A stretch of DNA of 64,000 bases from Methanobacteriota archaeon. Lineage in GTDB: Archaea; Methanobacteriota; Methanobacteria; Methanobacteriales; Methanobacteriaceae. The notes under the pieces are model-generated. The model searched no databases and was not told the origin of the DNA. It saw only the letters and a program-made list of their open reading frames with translations. The position numbers and the translations under genes are program-made. Positions 11,928 through 21,548 of the stretch are shown here, one piece after another. The stretch's first letter is position 1. Each line of letters begins with the position of its first letter. Location of the stretch: assembly GCA_963787255.1 (NCBI GenBank), contig CAWBCJ010000029.1:480001-544000 (forward strand). Direction: 5' to 3'.

Positions 11928-13277
11928 GTGAAATGGATGGAGAAAGCACTGAGGAAGACTGGAGAATACATACAAATTCTTTTAAACTGGATGGTCCAAA
12001 TCATTATCTTAGTGTCAAAAAGGTCTTTGAAGGCTCTCTCAATACCATTTATTATTACCAGTAAAATTACAAGTTTTTATAGGGATGTTTCAAGGGTTTT
12101 AGGTGAAACATTTACAGCTCTTTTCATATGTGCTATTGGTGACTTAATAGCAGGTATTCTCCTAAGTGGAATGACAGACACACTTGCAATACTTCCAGGT
12201 CTCTTAGTTCTTATTCCTGGAGCAATTGGAATGAGGGGAAACATATTTGGAGCATTAGGGTCACGATTAGGTTCAAGTCTCCATATTGGTACATTATCTC
12301 CCGAACTAAAAAAATCAGCAGTTTTAAATCAGAACATTGTCTCTGCAATGATTTTAACTATTATCATGTCTATTTTCCTTGCATTTGCAGCTAAAGGATT
12401 TTGTATTCTACTTGGATTTGAAAGTATCAGTATTGTGGACTTCACAGTCATATCTGTACTTGGAGGGATATTTTCAGGAGCACTGCTTTTACCAGCAACG
12501 ATTCTAATTTCTATTAAAAGCTATGAAAACGGCTGGGACCCTGACAATGTAACAACACCATTAATAGCAGCTTCTGGAGATCTCTTTACAATTCCATCAA
12601 TCCTTTTAGCAGTACAAATACTTTTATGGATACGAAATGGGTTTAATGAAGTAATCTTATTTATAATATTTATTATAATTGGAATTATTGGCTTTATTAT
12701 TGGAATAAAAGGTGGAAGCCATCTTAAACGAATTATAAAACATAGTACTCCAACACTTTTCCTATCTTCCATCTTTGGTACAACTGCTGGAACAATATTG
12801 AACGGCAACTTTTCAGTTATTTTAAATAATCCCAGTATTCTGGCATTAGTTCCTTTATTTTCAGGAGAAAGTGGAGACCTTGTAAGCATTCTTGGAGCTA
12901 GGTTATCTTCAGGATTACATATTGGTTCAATAGAATCTTCACTAAGGCCTACAGAAGGAGCATTAAGAAACTTTGGGATAATCATAATTCTTGCAATAAT
13001 TATTTATCCACTTATAGGTATTTTAGCCCATTTAGGGGCAGTATCCTTGGGAATACCATCCGTTGGTATTGAAAAAATGGTTTTAATAAGTACAACAGCG
13101 GGACTAATGCTTACACCATTCATGTTGTTAATTGCATTCTATTTAAGCACTATTTCCTACAGAAAAGGTCTTGATCCAGATAATATAGTTATACCATTAT
13201 CTACTAGCTTAACAGATCCCGTGGCAAATACATTTCTTGTAATTATGGTAATCCTGACTATAGGGACTGTAGTATAA
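11928..13277 (+). CDS. MgtE/SLC41-type divalent cation transporter (two MgtE repeats)
   Basis: [26 protein letters not shown], and second repeat [12 protein letters not shown]. Confidence 0.9.
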   Translation: MKWMEKALRKTGEYIQILLNWMVQIIILVSKRSLKALSIPFIITSKITSFYRDVSRVLGETFTALFICAIGDLIAGILLSGMTDTLAILPGLLVLIPGAIGMRGNIFGALGSRLGSSLHIGTLSPELKKSAVLNQNIVSAMILTIIMSIFLAFAAKGFCILLGFESISIVDFTVISVLGGIFSGALLLPATILISIKSYENGWDPDNVTTPLIAASGDLFTIPSILLAVQILLWIRNGFNEVILFIIFIIIGIIGFIIGIKGGSHLKRIIKHSTPTLFLSSIFGTTAGTILNGNFSVILNNPSILALVPLFSGESGDLVSILGARLSSGLHIGSIESSLRPTEGALRNFGIIIILAIIIYPLIGILAHLGAVSLGIPSVGIEKMVLISTTAGLMLTPFMLLIAFYLSTISYRKGLDPDNIVIPLSTSLTDPVANTFLVIMVILTIGTVV

Positions 13278-13361
13278 AATGAATAGCATTTACTTTTGCA
13301 TGACATTAAAATAAGGTTTTATAAATCTATTAAAAATAAAAAAAGAATAAAAAAAATTAAA

Positions 13362-14363
<1,002 letters not shown>

Positions 14364-14681
14364 CTATTGATAAATCAATTAAAAATAGATATCAATTATA
14401 GTTACATTATGTTCTTTTTATATTTAACCCCCACCTTTTTCCTATAAGAAAGGTGGGTTGTATATAAATTAATTGTTATGTTATGGCTAAATAGCACTTA
14501 TAATCATTATTAATTAATTTTTAATATTTATTTTCATAAAAAAGAGATTTATGAGTATCTAAAAGTTTAAGAAGTAATTTAAATACTTTTTAAAGCTATT
14601 ATTCTTCCTTTGAATTCTGCTTTTATCAGTATGATAAAATATAATTATAATCATACAAATAGTAATTAAAGGTGATACATT

Positions 14682-14978
14682 ATGCTGTCAAAAATACCTA
14701 TAGACATGAAAAAAGTTAGAAAAGAAGATATTACTAAAGAAGTTTTAAGGGTTGCCGTAATTGCGGAATTAGACGCTATAAATCTTTATGAAGAACTTGC
14801 ATCAGTTGTAGAAGATGAAGATGTAAGAAAAGTCTTTATGGACGTTGCAAAAGAAGAAAAAACTCATGTAGGTGAATTTAGAACCCTGCTCATGGCCAAG
14901 GATGAGGAACAGTACAGAGAAATAAAAAAAGGTAAAGAAGAAGTTGAGGAACTAACTGGAAAGAAATATCCATTATAA
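14682..14978 (+). CDS. Short ferritin-like protein (encapsulin-cargo Flp-like)
   Basis: 98 aa; IAELDAINLYE and EEKTHVGEF di-iron half-site motifs. Confidence 0.8.
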   Translation: MLSKIPIDMKKVRKEDITKEVLRVAVIAELDAINLYEELASVVEDEDVRKVFMDVAKEEKTHVGEFRTLLMAKDEEQYREIKKGKEEVEELTGKKYPL

Positions 14979-15073
14979 TGCTGAAATAGTAAAAAACTGA
15001 TGTTTTAAAGTCAAAAATGAATAACACTATATAATGAATCTGATAAAATGAGTATGGCTAATTTAGAGAATAT

Positions 15074-15607
15074 ATGGCAACAATTACACCAGATCAGATT
15101 ACTATTTACGGAACAATAGCTTCTGTATTGTTATTAGCAATTATTGTTTATTTTACACGTGCTACACGCCGTAGGATAGCGGGTGCACTAATAGGAGGTC
15201 TTGCAACAGGCTTAATTGTAATTTTAATCGATGCTATAGCATCTTCACTAGGTTTATGGTATTATCCTGGTTCTACAACTGGTTACGGTCCTTTGGGATA
15301 CTATATTCCCAATGCTCTATTTTATGGGGCAGGAATAGCCCTTATTGGATGGAGAATAAATAGACGCTTTGGTATTAAAGCACTGACCGCATTTATAGTT
15401 CTATTTGGGCTATATGGGGTCAGTCGAGATTTTATTTTTACTGCTGTCACATCTTCAAGCAATATTATAGTATTTGGTGTGGGTATTGCACCTGTAATTG
15501 CAGACATCGTTGCTTGGATGGGGGTTCTCACTGTAGCCCAGATTTTAATGTGGCTTATTGCTGGACCGGCTAGAGCGGATAAATTAGCACGTACCCCCGC
15601 TAAATAA
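15074..15607 (+). CDS. Hypothetical membrane protein
   Basis: 177 aa, about 5 hydrophobic segments, GLWYYP motif. Confidence 0.75.
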   Translation: MATITPDQITIYGTIASVLLLAIIVYFTRATRRRIAGALIGGLATGLIVILIDAIASSLGLWYYPGSTTGYGPLGYYIPNALFYGAGIALIGWRINRRFGIKALTAFIVLFGLYGVSRDFIFTAVTSSSNIIVFGVGIAPVIADIVAWMGVLTVAQILMWLIAGPARADKLARTPAK

Positions 15608-15766
15608 CCTTATTTTACATGAAAAAATGAAATTTATTAGTTTCTTGAATTTAAGGGATTTATTTTAATTTAAATTGATTGCAGAAACTAATTTATTTTT
15701 ATAAGAATTAACCATAGTTATTTATATCTTTGATTAATAATAAAAAAGGTTTTATGAGGTTAATAC

Positions 15767-16153
15767 ATGGTAATTAGAAAAATAACAGCAATATATTCCA
15801 TTATTATTGGAATAATAATGATAGGGATGTGGACATTCTTTCTTGTAGCGGGATTAGTACCAGAATTCAGCGCAAATTCCATAGCAATATCCCTTCACCT
15901 GGTTGCAGAATTTTTAACAGCCATTTTACTTTTAATTAGCGGAATTGGACTCATAATGAAACAAAAATGGGGTTTCAACGTAAATCTTGTTGCCTTAGGA
16001 ATGCTGCTTTACACGGTAATAGTTAGTCCGGGATATTATGCTAAACCTGGTGGAGAAGTATTTCTGGGAATGTTTGGAGTATTAATAGTTCTAACAGCAA
16101 TTTTTGTAGGGGCATCACTTTTAAAAGAGAATGAATTAAGGTTAAATGAATAA
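15767..16153 (+). CDS. Hypothetical membrane protein (about 4 TM)
   Basis: 128 aa ORF, GAGGT RBS, TATA at ~15721. Confidence 0.78.
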   Translation: MVIRKITAIYSIIIGIIMIGMWTFFLVAGLVPEFSANSIAISLHLVAEFLTAILLLISGIGLIMKQKWGFNVNLVALGMLLYTVIVSPGYYAKPGGEVFLGMFGVLIVLTAIFVGASLLKENELRLNE

Positions 16154-16165
16154 AATATTCATTTT

Positions 16166-16942
16166 TTATTTTGTAATATAATTTTTAAGCGCCCCAATAC
16201 TCTCTAGTTCAACTTCAACAGTATTTCCAACGTTCATTGGCCCAACACCTGGAGGAGTTCCAGTTGCAATCACATCACCTGGCTTAAGAGTCATTATGTT
16301 TGATATAAATTCTACAAGCTCGTAAACATCAAATATCATGTTTTTAGTGTTTGAATTTTGTTTTATTTCACCATTGAGTTTTAGTGAGATTTTTTGATTC
16401 ATTGGATTCAATTCTGTTTCGATGCAGGGTCCTATGGGTGCAAAAGTGTCAAAACTTTTAGCTCGTGTCCACTGTCCGTCTTTTTGCTGTAAATCCCTTG
16501 CTGTAACGTCGTTAAAAACAGTATAACCACCTATAAATTCATTAGCGTCCTGTTCCTTTACTTTTTTTGCTTCTTTTGAAATAACGATTCCAATTTCTGC
16601 TTCATAATCCAGCTGTTTAGAAGAATTGGGATAAATAATATTATTTAAATGCCCGATCACTGCTGTTGGGGGTTTTAAAAAAATAATTGGCTCTTCTGGA
16701 ATGTCCATATTAAGTTCTTTCGCATGGTCTACATAATTTAATCCAACACAAACTATTTTGGATGGTAAAACTGGAGATTCTATTTTAATATCTTCAATTT
16801 TATAAACTGAATCTTTTTTGTATTTTTTAATAGATAATGAGTTAATTGCTTCTAAAGTTGAACATGAAAGCTCTGTTACTCTATTATTTTCTAATAATCC
16901 TGTTTTTTCTTTTCCATCCTTCCTAAATTGTATAATTTTCAT
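16166..16942 (-). CDS. Fumarylacetoacetate hydrolase family protein
   Basis: KIVCVGLNYVDH, LDYEAE, NDVTARDLQ, KSFDTFAPIGP, ATGTPPGVG. Confidence 0.95.
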   Translation of the reverse strand: MKIIQFRKDGKEKTGLLENNRVTELSCSTLEAINSLSIKKYKKDSVYKIEDIKIESPVLPSKIVCVGLNYVDHAKELNMDIPEEPIIFLKPPTAVIGHLNNIIYPNSSKQLDYEAEIGIVISKEAKKVKEQDANEFIGGYTVFNDVTARDLQQKDGQWTRAKSFDTFAPIGPCIETELNPMNQKISLKLNGEIKQNSNTKNMIFDVYELVEFISNIMTLKPGDVIATGTPPGVGPMNVGNTVEVELESIGALKNYITK

Positions 16943-17071
16943 AAATTCACCTAATTAATGAAATCAAGTTTATATTAGTTGGTATATAGAAAACAAAATT
17001 AATAAAATTTACATCTTTTAATTTCAAAAAGAAGGAGTGGAGAAATTTAACTATAATTAGGCTAAAAAAAT

Positions 17072-17371
17072 TTAGTAATCATAAGTTATTTTTAATAGTA
17101 TGGCAAGCGCTATAAGCTCGATAATTCCACCTATGTAAACGGGCCTACCTATTAAAGCCTCGCTGTCAACGATTAAAAAGCCGATGGTGAAAATACTTTT
17201 AATTAAAAGGAGTAAAGCAAATATTATAAGTCCTACTGTAAATCCAATCTTTATTTGCCTGTAACTTTTAGTATAAAGGTACAGTAGTCCTGTTAAAAGT
17301 CCAATATTTGCAATTTCTATAATTACTGCTGCAACTTTGATTCCAGTGTATCCGAATATTTCTACTGTCAT
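17072..17371 (-). CDS. Small 3-TM membrane protein, copy 1 (partner family of small archaeal ArsR-like HTH)
   Basis: 99 aa; 85/99 identical to 19572..19871 by hand count; ANIGLL..YxKSYRQIK.GFTVGL..F motif. Confidence 0.88.
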   Translation of the reverse strand: MTVEIFGYTGIKVAAVIIEIANIGLLTGLLYLYTKSYRQIKIGFTVGLIIFALLLLIKSIFTIGFLIVDSEALIGRPVYIGGIIELIALAILLKITYDY

Positions 17372-17458
17372 TTTAGACCCTTCATTTTATAATTCCTTAA
17401 AAAGTAAGAAAGGAAATTTTTAGTTCTTTTGAATTATCAATCATGATTGAGTTTCATT

Positions 17459-17515
17459 TTTGAAGATTTCCCGCCTAAAAAAAGATAAATGGAGGATTCC
17501 CGCCCAATCTTCAAA
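17459..17515 (-). repeat. Inverted repeat enclosing a ~30-nt motif repeated at 20819-20849
   Basis: TTTGAAGATT(17459-68)/AATCTTCAAA(17506-15); core AAAAAGATAAATGGAGGATTCCCGCCCAAT. Confidence 0.7.
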
Positions 17516-17523
17516 GTATTAAG

Positions 17524-18219
17524 TCAAGATGTGATATTATTCGTTTTTTCTTCTTTAATTTTCCCATCAAGCACGGTTATGATTTTTTCAGCCATGTTAG
17601 CCACGTATGGTTCGTGTGTTACCATTACAAGGGTTACATTCTCTTTTTTGTGGAGGTCTTTAAGAAGATTTAATATTAAATCTCCTGTTTTTGAATCTAA
17701 GGCCCCCGTTGGTTCGTCGGCTAAAATAATAGAGGGATGATTCACTAAAGCTCTCGCAATGGCTACTCGTTGTCTCTGTCCACCAGAAAGCTTGGTTGGT
17801 CTCTGGTTAATTTTATCTTCAAGCCCCACTGATTTTAAAAGTTCCAAAGCTCTTTCTTCCATTTTTTTACCTGAAATAGAAGTTTCAAGCATTGGAATCT
17901 CCACATTTTCAAGCACGCTGAGATTGGGAATCAAATTATGAAGCTGGAAAACAAATCCAATTTCACCGGACCTGAACCCACTCAAATCCTTTTTATACAT
18001 CAGATCAATGCCTGCAACGTTTATAGAACCTTCATCTCCTTTATCCAGTGCTCCAATCATGTTCAGGAGGGTTGATTTCCCAGAACCGGAAGGTCCAATT
18101 ATGGAAACAAATTCCCCTTTTTTAATTTCAAGATCGATGCCGTTTAATGCATTAATTTTGCCATTGTCGTAACTTTTTTTGAGATCCTTTATTTCAATGA
18201 TATTTTCCTTATTATTCAT
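17524..18219 (-). CDS. ABC transporter ATP-binding protein (LolD/MacB-like)
   Basis: GPSGSGKST, LSGGQRQRVAIARAL, ADEPTGALD, VTH. Confidence 0.96.
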   Translation of the reverse strand: MNNKENIIEIKDLKKSYDNGKINALNGIDLEIKKGEFVSIIGPSGSGKSTLLNMIGALDKGDEGSINVAGIDLMYKKDLSGFRSGEIGFVFQLHNLIPNLSVLENVEIPMLETSISGKKMEERALELLKSVGLEDKINQRPTKLSGGQRQRVAIARALVNHPSIILADEPTGALDSKTGDLILNLLKDLHKKENVTLVMVTHEPYVANMAEKIITVLDGKIKEEKTNNITS

Positions 18220-19354
18220 AGCGCAACGCCTCCGTTGGTGCTAGTCTGCTGGCCCTGTAGGCAGGATAAATTCCACCAATCATTCCAACAAGGAAAGCTA
18301 TTCCCAAAGCCCTGATGAAGAGTTCAAGTGAGTATGCAGGTTCAATTATACCCTCTGTTGATGGTGTAAGGGATAATAGAACTTCAACACCGACTACACC
18401 TACTACAATACCTACTACACCCGCCATTAAGGTGAGTACAATGGATTCACCAAGTATCATTCCAAGTATTCTCCTACTTCTCCAACCGACAGCTTTTAAG
18501 ACCCCAATTTCACGAGTTCTCTCATAAACTGACATTATCATGGTATTTATGACTCCTACTCCTCCAATAACTATCGCCAGGAGTGAAATAGCCCATGTAG
18601 CTGTATCTATGAAGCTCAAGCCCTGATTTATTCTTCCCATTTGATCAGCAGCAGAAGTTGTGGATAATTCATCAGGATATGCATCTTCAATTGCATTACC
18701 TACTTCAGTAGCATTTGCATTATCATTTATCTTTACAGCTATAGTACTGACTTCTTCTTCGCTATCAGTTAAATTCTGAAGTTTATTTAATGAAATGTAA
18801 GCTCCAGCGTCTGTTATGAAGTTTCCTGTTTCAAATGTTCCAGTAATTTTGAAATCCTTATTGAAAATGGTGATTGTATCTCCAACAGTTTTATTAAGGG
18901 TTTGGGCGGCTGTTTTACCTATAATTATTTCATTTGCATCTCCACTCGAGAAAACAGTTCCGTTGATACTGTCTACTCCAACGAGATTAAGCTTACTGCT
19001 ATCTATACCGCTTACGGTAAATCCACCGGGCCCAAAGCTGGAGCTCGAGCCCTCTTCCAGACGAACACTTGTTCTTAAAATACCGGCTGTATCTTTGATA
19101 CCGCTTATGTTTTTGATATCTGTTACGCGAGACTCATCAATACTTCCTGATAAAAAACCGTCTGTACCTTCTTGAATTACAGTAATTTCAGCACCTCCTG
19201 ATTTAAGAGTGCTCTCTGTGGATGCTTTAAGTCCCCCGGTAATGAGACCTAAAGCTACAATGGTAGCAATTCCAATTGCAATTCCAATAATTGCAAGTGA
19301 ACTTCTTGTTTTATTTCTAAATGGATTTTTTACGATTAATCCTAGGTAATTCAT
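18212..19354 (-). CDS. ABC transporter permease (MacB/FtsX-like)
   Basis: RNKTRSSLAIIGIAIG, large extracytoplasmic domain, NTMIMSVYERTREIGVLKAVGW, YPAYRASRLAPTEALRYE. Confidence 0.95.
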   Translation of the reverse strand: MNYLGLIVKNPFRNKTRSSLAIIGIAIGIATIVALGLITGGLKASTESTLKSGGAEITVIQEGTDGFLSGSIDESRVTDIKNISGIKDTAGILRTSVRLEEGSSSSFGPGGFTVSGIDSSKLNLVGVDSINGTVFSSGDANEIIIGKTAAQTLNKTVGDTITIFNKDFKITGTFETGNFITDAGAYISLNKLQNLTDSEEEVSTIAVKINDNANATEVGNAIEDAYPDELSTTSAADQMGRINQGLSFIDTATWAISLLAIVIGGVGVINTMIMSVYERTREIGVLKAVGWRSRRILGMILGESIVLTLMAGVVGIVVGVVGVEVLLSLTPSTEGIIEPAYSLELFIRALGIAFLVGMIGGIYPAYRASRLAPTEALRYE

Positions 19355-19410
19355 ATTATGATTACTCCTTTTTCAAATGAATTTTAATTAGCATAAGTCT
19401 TACCATTCTT

Positions 19411-19490
19411 TAATAAAGAATATTTAAGTAATTATTTCAAAATTCATTGCAAATTTGTTACAAATTACATGCAAATTGTATCCAATTACG
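19411..19490 (-). promoter_or_regulatory. Promoter of ABC operon with phased operator array
   Basis: Minus-strand TTAAATA box inside 16-mer TATTTAAGTAATTATT (19421-36); CAA(A)TT units at 19450, 19461, 19472, 19483. Confidence 0.7.
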
Positions 19491-19571
19491 GGAAAAAAGC
19501 ATTGAAAATCAAAAATATATAGATTTAATGGTCCAATTTTAAAAGAAGAATAAAAAAAGATTTAAAAGATT

Positions 19572-19871
19572 TCAGTAATCCCATGTTATCTTTAAAAGTA
19601 TAGTGAGCGCTATAAATTCGATAATTCCACCTATGTAGATGGGCCGGCCTATTAATAAATCACTGTCCACTATTAAAAAAGCGATGGTGGAAATACTTTT
19701 GATTAAAAGCATTAGAGCAAATAAAATTAATCCTACTGTAAATCCAATTTTTATCTGTCTATAACTTTTTGTATAAAGATAGAGTAGTCCAGTTAATAGT
19801 CCTATATTTGCAATTTCTATGATAATAGCTGCAATTTTAATTCCTGTGTATCCAAATAGTTCTAAGGTCAT
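19572..19871 (-). CDS. Small 3-TM membrane protein, copy 2
   Basis: 99 aa, 12 bp downstream of HTH gene 19884..20168; paralogue of 17072..17371. Confidence 0.88.
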   Translation of the reverse strand: MTLELFGYTGIKIAAIIIEIANIGLLTGLLYLYTKSYRQIKIGFTVGLILFALMLLIKSISTIAFLIVDSDLLIGRPIYIGGIIEFIALTILLKITWDY

Positions 19872-19883
19872 TTTAATCCCTAT

Positions 19884-20168
19884 TTAATTACTTTTCTTAA
19901 CCTGTTTCCATATAATTTCAAAATCATCGTAGTTTTCTTCCATGCTCTCTGAGAGAAAATACATTTTACCATATTTTTCTCCAGCGGATTTAACCACATC
20001 ACTATCTTCTAGAATCTTAATATGGTGTCTAATAGTCCTGTAATTCACATTTAACTCTTCTGCAAGCTGATGTGCATTGTAAGGCCGTTCATTTAATTTT
20101 TTAATGATTCTGGCACGATTCACGCCACCCCTTGTACCAAGGATCAGCCACCACAGCACTTTTTTCAT
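19884..20168 (-). CDS. Small ArsR-like winged-HTH regulator, copy 1
   Basis: [49 protein letters not shown]. Confidence 0.9.
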   Translation of the reverse strand: MKKVLWWLILGTRGGVNRARIIKKLNERPYNAHQLAEELNVNYRTIRHHIKILEDSDVVKSAGEKYGKMYFLSESMEENYDDFEIIWKQVKKSN

Positions 20169-20298
20169 AGGTTATCACTATCTAAATTAATAACATGATT
20201 TTAAGACTTCAAATAATTCTTTTTAATTATATTCTTAATAAGAATTGTATAATGTTATATTTAGATTTAATTTAAAAAAAATAGAAAAATAACTAAAA

Positions 20299-20670
20299 TT
20301 AATTTTTCATTGATTCAGTTTTTATAAGTGAACCTAAAACTCCTCCAACTACTCCCATGACTATTTCAAGCCCGATATAAAGAACTACGGTACTTATTAT
20401 GCTGCCCATATATTCGCCATATCCCTGGAAGTACATCATAACTACTAATAAGGCCGAAACTATTAATCCACCTATCAATCCTAACAATACTCCATTAATA
20501 GCCCCTTTTTTTATATTACTGCCCACCATGAATCCTAACGCAATCCCTGCGAGTATAAATGATGGTAAAAGTATGCTCTGACCTGAAATAATGTCTGAAA
20601 CAATGTAAAGAGTTACTGCGATGATAATTCCAATTATCAATGGTCTCCATTTAATTAATTCTTTAATCAT
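20299..20670 (-). CDS. DUF5518-like membrane protein
   Basis: IKWRPLIIG..GAING..GLIGG..GVVGGVLG pattern shared with the 42.8-44.3 kb paralogues; ATG 20670 (alternative GTG 20679). Confidence 0.8.
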   Translation of the reverse strand: MIKELIKWRPLIIGIIIAVTLYIVSDIISGQSILLPSFILAGIALGFMVGSNIKKGAINGVLLGLIGGLIVSALLVVMMYFQGYGEYMGSIISTVVLYIGLEIVMGVVGGVLGSLIKTESMKN

Positions 20671-20719
20671 GCTTTCCACGTCCTGATTTTAAATTTTTTC
20701 ATAATATAGTATAACCTCA

Positions 20720-20970
20720 AAAAAAAGAATAGGGGATTTATAGGAGGCATAAAAATCCCCAATATCATTTCAGAGGTGAAATGAATGTTATTGTATATGT
20801 ATATCTCCAAATAAGCTCAAAAAGACTAAATGGAGGTATCCCACCCAATTTGATAATTTCTCCTATCAAAAAAAGGGGGAAAGAGGATTTTTACCTCAGA
20901 TAGGAGAGAATTAAGCGACATATTAATGAATCTTGTAGAGGCCCACCCACTCTACAATTGAAGATATTTT
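20720..20970 (-). ncRNA. Hairpin-rich long leader / candidate regulatory RNA (strand inferred from promoter)
   Basis: Stems 20732-39/20753-60, 20765-72/20777-84, 20859-67/20899-907, 20933-40/20950-57; no ORF of 60 aa or more; GC-richer than the flanks. Confidence 0.5.
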
Positions 20971-21064
20971 TTTTAGTTTTTTAAGATATCACTCCAAATA
21001 ACCTCTTGATTTATTTTTAAATAGATTTTAATTTCTAACTACCCTGAATTCCATGTATTAAAGT

Positions 21065-21140
21065 TAATAAACTGTATTTAAGTAATTATTCCAGAGTTTT
21101 TCCCAAATCAATACCAATTATACCCAAATCTATACCAAGT
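21065..21140 (-). promoter_or_regulatory. Promoter homologous to 19411-19490 with phased operator array
   Basis: Identical 16-mer TATTTAAGTAATTATT at 21075-90; CAA units at 21104, 21115, 21125, 21136. Confidence 0.7.
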
Positions 21141-21378
21141 CCTAACACGGCCATAATTTATTTATAAAAACGAGAATTCTTCCTTAATACAACTATTTTG
21201 ATTGTAATTAAAGATTTTTCATAAACACATCTAAGATGATTATAAGCAATATTCATTATATTTGATCCTAAAAACCACATTTATAACTTTTATAAACTTA
21301 AAAATATATTTTAACCAATTTTAAATATTAAATTACTAAATAAAATAATTATAGATTATTTTAGCTCGAAATAATCCA

Positions 21379-21421
21379 ATTTAGGAATCTTTTGGGTTAA
21401 ATTTGGGAAAAGTTTTATATC
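21379..21421 (+). promoter_or_regulatory. Divergent promoter with three phased repeats
   Basis: ATTTAGG 21379, TTTTGGG 21390, ATTTGGG 21401 (11-bp spacing), then BRE/TATA-like AAAAGTTTTATAT. Confidence 0.62.
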
Positions 21422-21548
21422 TATTCTGGAATTTAGTTTAATACTGTAAATCAACAAAAAAAGGAAATTTCTCAAAAATCGGAGATTTTTGGAAGTTAGA
21501 AAAATGCAAAGCATTTTCTAAAATTTAAAACAATTTCAGGATGGAAAA

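Noticed and set aside
17072-19871. Duplicated 300-bp genes flanking the ABC operon as composite-transposon ends
   Set aside because: They encode membrane proteins with many substitutions; no transposase, terminal inverted repeats or target duplication
19440-21410. Short periodic repeats as CRISPR array or replication iterons
   Set aside because: Units are ~6 bp at 11-bp period with no spacers; no cas or cdc6/rep gene; fixed position relative to TATA boxes fits operators
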